Shown piece by piece: positions 35,601 to 47,600 of a stretch of 64,000 nt of DNA. Location of the stretch: positions 1,612,001 through 1,676,000 of the forward strand of contig NC_092674.1 in NCBI RefSeq assembly GCF_964355755.1, written 5' to 3'. A program made the translations under genes and the position numbers. Position 1 is the first letter of the stretch, and the number at the start of each line of letters is the position of its first letter. The notes beneath the pieces are model-generated. The model saw nothing but the letters and a program-made list of their open reading frames with translations. It was not told where the DNA came from and searched no databases. Source of the stretch: Antedon mediterranea (lineage: Eukaryota; Animalia; Echinodermata).

Positions 35601-38600
35601 TGTGAGAGCCTGTGTGAAAGTAAGCTCGCGGTTTGTAAATGTAAATTGTATTATGTTGTCACGCATCAGTGAGCTGACTTTACCGAATACCGAAGAGAGT
35701 CGATTGAGTCCGAAACGAACCGATGGAGGAACTCTCGTACGGAAAAAAAAATCGCTGGCAGGACTGGACACAGAGTGGTTTCAGTCACGTGGTTTTAAAA
35801 TACTATGCTGCCCTCAACGTTTATATTTAGTTAGACTGTATGCCAATTTGTCCTTTCGGCAATTTTTGTCCTTACGCCAATTTGTGTCCTTACGCCAATT
35901 TTTGTACTTACGCCAGTTTAACCATACGGCAATTTGTTCATATGGCAATGTGTTTGTGTGTCCGTACGGCAATATTTGTTTGTCACTCGAGGAATTATGT
36001 CTTTAACGCCATTAGTTTGCCTTACGGGAGCGGAATTGTTCGTACGGCAACGTTTGTCTATTTTGGCCCTAATGGCCGCCCATAAGTAACATGACATCAT
36101 TGTTTCCATATATAGGAACATCACTTTTTTTGTCACATAAAGTTTGATAGTGTAGACAGAGCTTTAGACATAAACAAGCAATTGGATTCTTACATTTTAC
36201 TGCAAGAACAAGGATATTAGCACTTACTTGTTGGTGGAAGGGGTGTATTATCATAAACCCTAGGAGGTTTAACAATGATTGTTGATGTTCCACCTCCTCC
36301 TATCTCACACAATGACTGCACCTTAATCACATACTGTACACCTGACAGCATGTTGTCTAACCTGAACCAATGCTGATCCTGGACAAATACAACAATATAT
36401 AAACAAAATTATGTAAAGAAAAAAGTTAGTGGTTGAAACTATTCTCCATATTAGATTATTTTACTCCCTATTTGGATTTTTTTTCTCTTATATGGATTAG
36501 TATTTTTCTTACCCTTGGTAACGTCTTGGTCAGTGCTGTTTCACTTTTAATCATCTCAAACCTTTCAACAACATGTTTCTCTGGTGAGAGATGCCGTTGA
36601 CCCCATGTGACCTGGTAACCTGTCACCATCTCTGGTTTGCGTGAGGGCACTTTCCAATCAATTGAAAGACTAAGTTTAGCTCCAAGACTAAAATGATGAC
36701 TTAATTCCATAGGATTTGATGGAACATCTGGCGCTATTGAAAAATACAATTGTTTGGTTTTAATTTATGTTAGAAAGAAAATTAATTATTATATTATATT
36801 TCATATTATTAATTTATTATCCAATAAAAATATGTGTCAGAACAAATCAATCGAGAGAGAAATCAATCAATTGAGAAATCAATCAATCAATCAATCGAGA
36901 AATCAATCAATTAATCAATCGAGAAATCAATCAATTAATCAATCGAGAAATCAATCAATTGAGAAATCAATCAAACAATCGAGAGAGAAATCAATCAATC
37001 AATCGAGAGAGAAATCAATCAATCAATCAATCGAGAGAGAAATCAATCAATCAATCGAGAGAGAAATCAATCAATTGAGAGAGAAATCAATCAATCGAGA
37101 GAAATCAATCAATAAATCAAGAAATCAATAATAAATCTTACCTGTAGTAGGGCAAGTTGGCTTTTGTTTGCCCTTAACAATAACCTCATTACAAAGAGGT
37201 GTGTAGAAAAACCGGGTAGTTGGCTCGCCCTGCCGGAAGTTGCTGTCCACTGAATGAATAGTGACTTTATACTGGCAATCAAACATCAAGCCATAAAGCA
37301 TGAACTCTAAATCCTACACAACATAGATTGATAATCAGTTTACACCTTTCAATTTCACTTCATAAAACTTAATTGCGGAAATTTGATTTATCCGAAGCAA
37401 TCAATTAAGGATGATGGAGCGTATAGGGTTTTCTTAACAGTTTCATTTTAAATGTCACACATTCTTTTCACTCGGCTTTCTGTCAAATCATACCCATCAA
37501 CTCTCATGCATTCAACAACATGTTTACTAAACAATATTTTCTCATTATGTTTAGTTTAAAACATGCATTTAAAAAGATCAAAAACATGTTCCTCCATTTT
37601 ATGAAAGTCATACAGTAAGCCAAGCATGCTATGCAGTTGAGTAATACAATCATGGACCTATACATTAGATAGATAATTTATAGGTCCATGATACAATGCA
37701 CTACTACGATTAAAAGATTCTTGGAACTAACCAGAGAGGGCGGTATGTTACACAAGTATTATAATAATAAACTAATCTTGTTAGAATAACATTGCCATTT
37801 TCACACTTTGAATGAACACTGAATTATCATATCAATACCATTACTACAAATATAAAGCACAGACCTACAATCAAGGGCACAACATGCCACACATTGTATA
37901 CAATATAATGTTAACTGCAGCAGAGCCATAGCATAGTGGGGAGGTTGCAATTGAAGAAGCAACCCCAACTCTGAGTTTGGGACATTTTTAGAGATTTAAA
38001 TTTTACACTTAAAACCAAATTTTCGTTTATAGTGAAGGACAAGGTTATGTTGTCCTTCACTATTAACAAAAATTTGGTTTCAAATAATATTGTTGGAAGG
38101 AGATGAATTTTTTCAACTCATAATTGTTGTTAAAAATAAAAATTTCAGTTAAAGCCCCATTCCCTACGTTTTTTAGATCTAATTTAAGATCACAAACTAT
38201 ATTTAATGTAAAAATAATACTATATGGTCCTATTGCGATAACTTTTTTCGTCTTTAAACGGTTAAAAATGTGAAAAATAAATTGATTCTAATAATTATAG
38301 CGGCCCGCTATAAATCCCAAAATGCATTGCGCGCGGATAGATATTTTTGTTTTTCACCTGTAATTCGCCCACTTTTCGATCGATCGTGAAGCCAAAACAA
38401 ATGGAAGACTCCTAACTTTTCAGCGAAAATACCGGGTTTTCCCCAATTTGTATCAATGGAGTCTGGCAAAAATAGAAAGACAATTAATGCAGCAACTATA
38501 CAACGTCAGGCTAGGTATATAGCTAGCGTACGATGTTCGTACGTTATCGATGTTTACCAGCTAGGCCTACAAAACTAAGCCTAGCTAGGCTAGGCCTAAG

Positions 38601-41600
38601 ACCGTCCACGAGAGGTCGATCGCCGCGAGCTACTTAGGTAGTGCATTGTTTCTCACTTTTTATCATAATTTACCATAAAACGTACATTTAAGACAAGGAA
38701 TGACATGGTTTAATGTTTTTAAAGTGATATATATGTATTATTTTCCAAAAAACGTCCAAAATTGCAGGGAAGGGGTCTTTAACTTTACTCGATGTGACTA
38801 TGTCGCAGTCAACTGTAACATGTTATTTTTTCCCAATTCATATCTTATACATTAATCATTTGACATCAGTGACATTTAAAAATGCTTTTGTCCTTCTACG
38901 ACATAACAATCACGTTGCAACATGCACAAGTTAAACTCTTACATTTAAAAAGAAAGACACTTGACATCGCCATGGGAGATGACCTTTTGAATCATGCATG
39001 ATGTATTTTCTTTTTGGAATGAACATGCAAGAAATGCACGTCAAGCATTGAGGGAGGAGAAGATAAAAAAAGGCTTATTGTCTGCAGTTTCATCTAAAAA
39101 AATGAACTAAAAGGAATGGCATGAAAATGTTAATCTCTATCTACACTATCAAACTAGTTTGACAAAATAATTGTGATGTGCCTGCCAAATATGGTAGTGA
39201 TATGCTCAAATATGATAGTGATATGACATCATGATGTCCATAAATGGGCATATTAAATATTTTTGTCACATAAAGTTTGATAGTGTAAACAGAGCTTAAC
39301 AAAGGAATGTTTGTCTGACAGAGTGAGGGAGGCATATCAAGGCTGTCTGCAAGATGTTCATGGCACTACTTTCTTGCATCATGCCATATGCTACACTTAC
39401 ATGTGTCGTAGCTTCTAGGTTTAAGCTGTGTGGCCATCGAGATTCTACACCCAACTTTTAAAATGCAAGATAAAGAGGTCATAGGTCAAAGTTTACAAGT
39501 CATGTAATCCAAGAGTTTTCATTACACATTATAGATCTAAGGAACAAACTTTTCATTACAATTAAGTGTTTGGAACACAATAAAAGCAGCTTTGTTTTCA
39601 TAACCAGACCAGCTCTTACAATTGGTCAAGCAGAACCACATGCACAAGTATAGAATTAAATTAAAACAGAGCAGTTATTTCAAAACTGCTAAACACTGAC
39701 AGACAAACTAACTTTACACTTTTTTCACCGAGTTAAGGAGCACCAGGCTGTTGCAAATGTGAAATCAACAACAACAAGTATCTCAAATGGAGTATTTTAA
39801 ATTTGGAAGTATAGTTTTCACGAAATTTGAGAGAAAGAGAGAGGTAAAGGGGGGGGGGGGGGGAACAGTGCAATGAAATTGGCCAAAGTGGTTGCTGTAT
39901 TTGTACTTACATGGGTAGTAGCGTTCTTAGAATAACTTGTCAACTTGTTTGATAGTGAGATGCATAATGTTGGCTCCCAGTATAACATGTATCTATTAAC
40001 ATCATCATCTACATTATATAAATAATAAAACAATATAATATAATATAGTTTATAAATAATAAATCACAACAATAAGGATATTAAGAATAATATTTTATAC
40101 AGATATTGACTGCTTAGAGGTTAAATATAAGATTTGACATCCCCGAGGGAATGATATTAAGTTCGAGGGAATATATATTTCCCGAAGCGCCAGCTGAGGG
40201 AAATATATATTCCCCGAGAACTTAATATCATTCCCTCGGGGATGTCAAATCTTATATTTAACCGATATAAAAGGCAATATCTGTTATATTATATAGCCAA
40301 GAACAAGTCTGCTGGGTTGGGTGAAGCTAGGCTAGGCCTCCTATAGTATTTGTATTGTATTTAAAACAAGCCTGCCTAGACACCTTACCTTGCGAAGAAT
40401 AATATACAGATAATTACTAATTAATGATTCCTTGGCAATAAAATATTCACTTAGGCCTAGGTCGTTTAAATTAACAGAAGAATTTCCATCAATAAGCCTA
40501 TTAATAATAATATTATAATCAGGTAGGCCGAATAAACAATTCGTCTTTTCTCGATCTTCGAGGAGCCGAATCACCGGATGTTCAGCGCGTACTAGTTACT
40601 AGGTTACTACCGTGAGTATTGACCAATCACAAACGGTGTTTCATCACATTTAGGGTGGACTTATAACAAATGAGGGCGCTATGTATGCATAGCTTAAATA
40701 GTTTAGAAGATTAATTTCTTCAAGCAAATTCCGTGGCCCAGCGGATGAAACGTTGTCTTGCGATGGAGTGACAATTCCACCCGAGTTCAAGATCGAGTAG
40801 ATGACTTTTGTTTATTTATCGGCAAACTCGAGTGTTGCACACGAAAATTACACAGTCAATATCATCGTACTCAAGAATTTATATGATTAATGACAGGGGA
40901 CACGATTATTACGCGAAAATTACACAGTCAATATCATCGTTCTCGAGGATATATACGATTTACGATCCTCGCAGCGGTAGTCATGTGATGCAGTTTCAAC
41001 CAATCACGTTCGCGTATTTATATAGGCTATGTAATATTACAAATTATTGACTGGCTGTCATGGGTTTGTAGAGGGTCTAATCCAAATTTCCTTATTCTCC
41101 CGTTTCAGACGACTTGACGAATTTTGCCAAACTCAAGTGCATGCGCACAATAAATTGGCACGATGTCATAGGTCGTAGGTTATTGCATGACGTCATAGGC
41201 CGTATCTGTCACAAATGTAAACCTCCACATCAATGAGAGTGACTTTACTCTCACAAAACACTATCATTCAAAATTTAACTTTCAAACTTACCTAGAGGTT
41301 TTCGCCATTCAATTTTTGTACTCAAAGTATTGTTACTCCAAAACGGTGGATCAACGTTGACGATGTCACGCACTGGACGTGGTGTTGGTAATAGTTCATA
41401 ATATGGGTGTTCATAAACTGGAAGGTGTTCAGGTTGGTCTGAAGAAATAATAAAATGTTGACAATAAAATGATTTAGAATGAAATTTTAAAAAAATAATC
41501 CGAGTTTGTTACAATTTTCTGGTGGAAAAACTGTATTATAATTCTTCTAAATAATTTCAGAATTTTCCCCAAAAATTAAATCTCATTGCATGCACACCAA

Positions 41601-44600
41601 CAGTTTTGAACAGTACCTTTAGGTTGTGCAGTATCCATGGTGACCAAGTAGATGTCAGCTCGTTCACTATTCAACCTCGTTGAGCCCCACTGAGCTAGGG
41701 TGCTCACTTCCACAAAATATTTTGTATTGGGAAACAAACCCTCGATTGCAAAACTATGTTGATTCTAAAAAATAATACCAGAAGGAACAATTTAGTTAGT
41801 AGTGAAATTAAACTTGAAACAATTCAATAGAAACTATAAACCCAGGGTACCAACAAGCCCTGGAAAACAACAAGCCCCTGGGCAACAACACTCCTGGGAA
41901 ACAACAAGCCCCTGGGCAACAACAAGCCCCTGGGCAACAACACCCCTGGGCAACAACACCCCTGGGAAACAACAAGCCCCTGGGCAACAACACCCCTGGG
42001 CAACAACACCCCTGGGCAACAACACCCCTGGAAAACAACAAGCCCCTGGGCAACAACAAGCCCCTGGGCAACAACACCCCTGGGCAACAACACCCCTGGG
42101 CAACAACACCCCTGGGAAACAACAAGCCCCTGGGCAACAACACCCCTGGGCAACAACACCCCTGGGAAACAACAAGCCCCTGGGCAACAACAAGCCCCTG
42201 GGCAACAACACCCCTGGGAAACAACAAGCCCCTGGGCAACAACACCCCTGTGCAACAACACCCCTGGGAAACAACAAGCCCATGGGCAACAACAAGCCCC
42301 TGGGCAACAACACCCCTGGGAAACAACAAGCCCCTGGGCAACAACGCCCATGGAAAACAACAAGCCTCTGGGCACCAACATCCCTGGAAAACAAAAAACC
42401 CATGGAAAACAACAAGCCCCTGGGCAAAAACAAGCCCCTGGGCAACAACAAGCCCCTGGGCAACAACAAGCCCCTGGGCAACAACAAACCCCTTTTGATT
42501 GATATACCAGTCACCAATCTACAGTTTTACTACTTTAAAAATAGTTTTGAAATGAATTATGATTGAATTGTACTAAGCTACCAGCTGTTTACATTCTATC
42601 GTATATAATTTGTGTTTACTGTCAGGTTACAATTATGAATACATTAATTACAATAGGAATTTAATGCATTACCTAAATATAGGTTTTTATTAAGTAGGAC
42701 ACGGTTGAACTCTACATAACTCAGATTTTCAATGTTTAATTATTGCTATAACTTATCTATGAACTTCCATGACAAAGGGTTGTTTATGTTTTTTTAATTA
42801 TATAAAAGGTTAAATATTTCATTTTAATGAAAATGTAATACCAAGTTGGAATTTATTCAGAAAAGTCGGGGACAAGGACAATGAAAATATAATTTTTTTC
42901 TTTCGCGAGCCTTTTCAGGGTATGAAAGAACGTTCTTTCAACCTTAAAAAATAACTAAACACATCAATTTCCAAACATAAATATTTGGTGTATCTATGTT
43001 ATACATAATTTATATATCGAACAGCAACAACTAACTAAACAAATACAACATTTTGTCAAAAAATTTGAGTTTTTTTTTTTGGATCTGGTGCATTTTGGTT
43101 CTATTTGGGCGGGTGATATAATACTTTTAAATATATATTTTGGGCATGGCAACAATTAAGGGCCAAACAAATAAATAGTGGTATTCGTCTCGAGTGGGAA
43201 AAAATTTATATAGATTGTAGAGGTCATTCTTAAGGTCAACGGACCCATTTAGCTAGATAAATATATAAGTATGCTTTTAATTGAACATTTTTTTTAATAC
43301 AAAAAGTGGGAGGGAGTGGTTTTAATGCCTTCTTATTATGTCATTTCACTTTTTAAAAAATCATTATTTTGTTGCCGTTTTTTTTTTTTTTTTTTTCTTA
43401 ATAAAATATTTTTATTTAATCACAGTATATTTAGACTAACTTACTGCAGGTACATTTTTTTTGTGTACATCTAACGTGACATAGACTGGTGATATACTGC
43501 TTAGCCTTGGGCTCCAGAACACGCGATACCTCAACACCTCAAGGTCCGATTCCTTCGGTGGATCCCAATAGATCCATGTCGTCACGGTCTTATTCACAAT
43601 CTTTGATTCGCCCACTCGCAGATTCTGTGGCATGTTGGGAGGGTCAGGATCTGCATGGAGAATGTAAATTGATTCAATATACAGTACAGTACACTATCTA
43701 TTGTTATTTAAATGTTTATTTGGATTTTAATCAATTGTAATATTAGCATATTAATGTTTACTCTATGTCACTTGTAGGCAACTCGCCCAATACCAGACTT
43801 TTCTTGAAGTTTAAACAGTCCCAAATTCATTTTTAACATTAAAAACACATTCTGAATACCAGACTTGACAGAAAACCTGACATATTTGGCCAACCCAAAG
43901 GTGTCCGATATTGGGAGTTGACTGTATATGGTATTAATGTATAATGGTTTGGCTGATAAAAGATGATTATGACAAGCAGATTTTTGGAATGAAATCCATA
44001 GAAATTTCATACTATAGCTGTGTTGTAAATTTGTCAAAAAATATTAAAAAATGAAAATGTTTAAAATTATTTTAAATTATAAAAAAAAGCCATCTGAACT
44101 AGATATGAATAAGGTGGCAGTTCTCGCAAATGGTTGAAGGTTTCCCAAGTGGTGGCAGTCTTTAACATCTATACCTCCCACATTCTCTTCCCCGCCCCCC
44201 AACCAATCAATTCCAAACTTCTACCCCATCCCTCATGGCTTCCAACTAAAACTGTATCAGACATCATCCAACAACCAAATAAAGCCAATTACCATAGGAT
44301 ATAATCAATTAATGTGATATGATATACCTTTACAATTTATGCCTTTCAATGCCTGCCCTTAGCAGTAAGCTACCTAGACATACAGTCTACTATGGATCTC
44401 ATATCATAGCTCTCTTTGTCACACATCATCAGTCAATTAGTTGATTACATAATGAACGGCGGCTTCGTATACTTACCCTTGGATAGCCTGAAAGGTTCTG
44501 TCGGTCTGCTAAAACCTAATGTTCCGTTGTGATTGACTGACGCAATCTGGAATTCATAAAATACACCTCTACTTGCCTTCAGCTTGTAATGCGGTTCAAG

Positions 44601-47600
44601 AGTCTAAAGAGAATATATCATAAAGAATATTTAATTATATGACTATTATGCAACTGATTTGATGAATAAATCTTTTTTTTTAAGCAATAAAAACAACAAT
44701 AAGAATCACTAACAAAAAAAAGAAGCAAATGAATTAAACAGATATACTACTAACATCTGCAACATGATACCAAGTATCCATTCTATTCAAGCTGGGATGA
44801 TGACCCGTATTGTTACGCCCTTCTATCACAAAATATATAATTTCGGTAGGCGATGGATTCTTGCGTAAACTCCATGCTAATAGTATTTCTTTTGTACCAG
44901 GAACTTCAGAGACTTCTACTGTATTACGAGGTTTGGATGGAATATCTGTCAAGAAAATCAAATTTAATTTATCATTAAATTTTATTTATCATGCGATAAA
45001 AATCGATTAAAAAAATGTAATTTTTTTTAATTAAAATTTGTATAGACTTAAAAATATATAAATTAGTTAAAGAGGCACACTATGAATATAATTAACTTTG
45101 TACAATTTCTACGTAATATAATTTTTCGTAAGTTATTGGTGTTTATTGATTACGAAGAGAATGTATTTTGTAAAACACAGTATGTTTGTTGCCTTGCCTA
45201 TATCGATTATAAAAATTTTGTTTGAATGAAAATTTGTATAGAAGACTATATAGATAGATTAAGAGACACAATAAATATAATTAACTTTGTACAATTTCTA
45301 TATATAAATTATTTTTCATAATTTATTGGTGTTTATTGATTACGAAGAGAATGTATTTTGTTTGGACTCATGCCTATTACTTGGTCCTGGGGAAGTATGT
45401 ATTTTCTGATACACTTATTTCAATCTTACAATTTAATATAATAGATAGATAGCTAACATTGCAGACTTTTCTCTGATATATAACACTTATTTCAATCTTC
45501 TAAAACCAAAAGCAAAATGACTGCCAACAAACAATAATGTGATAACAAGGCAATTGATATCACGCTTTCTAATGATTCTATCATTAATATATTAGTTGGT
45601 GACAGCTATGTGTCTTCAGATGGATAGCAATACTATAGGTACAATGGTAATATTACATGTACACTAATTAACTACCAGTAATCAACTAATTGAGCTTCAC
45701 TGATTAACAGATCGCAAATTAAGATCTTCTGTGAGACTTGATAAAAGGTCAATGCTTTATGGTATTCATGCTTTTCTTTTATTTCAAAGATACTGGGTTC
45801 AATTCTGATTCTGATCTACAGATTATTAGGACTTGTGTTTATCAATCATTTTGCTTAATTCAAGGTAGTTAAGTTAAACAGAGGTTTTATTTATCAAATA
45901 AGTTTGAATGGAAAACAAACATGTGACAATGTGATGTGCCCATATATGGACATGATGATGTCATATCACTACCATATTTTGGCATATCACTACCATATTT
46001 GAGCACATCACACTTTTTGTCAAACTAGTTTGATAGTGTAGCCATAGCTTAAGCAAAATCATTAAAATAACAAAGTTTAGATGATGATTTTTTTTTTGCT
46101 AAGCATATTTTAGAAATCTGACCCCAGTTTCTGAATTATCAAATTATTATACTGTACCATCAGATTTTTTCAATGGCTCTTGACAAGTTCTTCCACAACC
46201 ATTAAAGCAGCATTTCTTTCGGCCATCACAATCGGAATCGTTACTACACGTTGGCAAGCACGCTTTCTCAAACCCTTTGGCGTCTGTCGGCTTTGGACAT
46301 ACACCTAGTTTACAGCTGTGCCACAACTTTAAAAATTCACAGGTTTCCAAACATTTATTTTCATTCTCTACTTCCCCCTAAAAAACAAAAGCAATAAAGT
46401 TAATTCAATTCATACTGAAAATGAACAATTTCTATTAAATGAAAAAAAAGATGATGGCTCTACCTCAGGACAAAATGGCTAATATAGTATTTCTCTCAAG
46501 TCAAATATTATACAAATAATGAATGTTTATGAGTGCAATGGTACAAATAATGGCACGAGGTGAATGATGAAAGGTTATATCAACGAGGCAAAGCCGAGTT
46601 GATATAACCTTTCATCATTCACCAAGTGCCATTATTTGTACCATTACACGAATACAAAACATTCATTATTTGTTTTATATAACATCTAGACGTTTTTTTT
46701 TCGTACACAAAAATGTTTCAAAAAGTACTATTTAACGATCGTTGAATAGTGCATACTATTGCACGCCATGTGACCCACATTCGTCCAATCAAATGACAGG
46801 AATTTATATAGGTGTTATATAATATTTAATAGCCTAGCCTACAGTAGCCTAGCCTAGCCTACAGTAGCCTAGCCTAGCTAGCATTTCTCTCCTGATAAGA
46901 AAATTGTTCAAATTGTTAATGTTAATAATTATATCCCATAGCTTAGGAATAGTATACAGTAGTGGTAACGGACTACCAAGGTATATGTTGGTTTTGTGTT
47001 TTTTAACATTAAATTTTATTTTATTTACAAAATATTGGATAAATTTAAAAATTAAAACTTGTACTGTAACTAAGTATTTAAAATTTTAAAAATGGTTTCT
47101 TTGTTTTATATTATCCTTCACATATTTGTGATTGTAATAATATACTTACAATGCATTTAAATCTGCAACTTGCTTGGTTTTTATATTCAATCATACATGG
47201 CAGTAAACACTACAAAATAAAAACAAAAATCAATGTTGAATACTGTCATTTCATGAGTTATTGATTTATATATGATTATTATTTTGTATTAAAAAGTCAA
47301 AAAACACCAGTATTAATATTCATAAAGTTGTAAGCTGTTATCCTGAGGCTAATTAATCAATAAGCGGATAACGAATCTTTACAACATCATTTCTCTCTGA
47401 ATTGTGTATTTTGTGCAGATTTTTACCAACACAATAGCGCACAGGTGGAATAGCATGTCAGTAAAGTTGAAAACCATGGTCAATTTGAGCACCCTTATTC
47501 TCACCCATCCATCCAAAAAAAATTGGAAATATTGGCATTGTTCTTACACCACACAATGAATTTTAGGTGAAGAGGTATGACAATTTAAACAGCAATGAAC

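Larger units (their letters stand above)
30000..36084. mobile_element. Composite non-autonomous transposon of two IS3EU-like units, 6-bp TSD AGTAAC
   Basis: Termini TATGGGCGGCC...GGCCGCCCATA, with AGTAAC at 29994-29999 and 36085-36090. TAY..RTA ends with a 6-bp TSD match the IS3EU superfamily. Confidence 0.8.
29935..36163. mobile_element. CTACACTATCAAACT-family MITE split by the composite insertion
   Basis: The left half (29935-29999) and right half (36085-36163) rejoin into a normal family member once 30000-36084 and one TSD copy are removed. Confidence 0.8.

Noticed and set aside
29950-36085. ORFs with CPYANF/LSLRQF repeats
   Set aside because: Translations of the ~20-bp tandem units in the IS3EU-like TIRs; no transposase motifs.
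36754-37131. 125-aa ORF with NQSI repeats
   Set aside because: Microsatellite translation, antisense within an intron.
41802-42566. Long ORFs on both strands (254, 227, 185, 178 aa)
   Set aside because: Products of a stop-free 16/18-bp minisatellite inside an anosmin intron.
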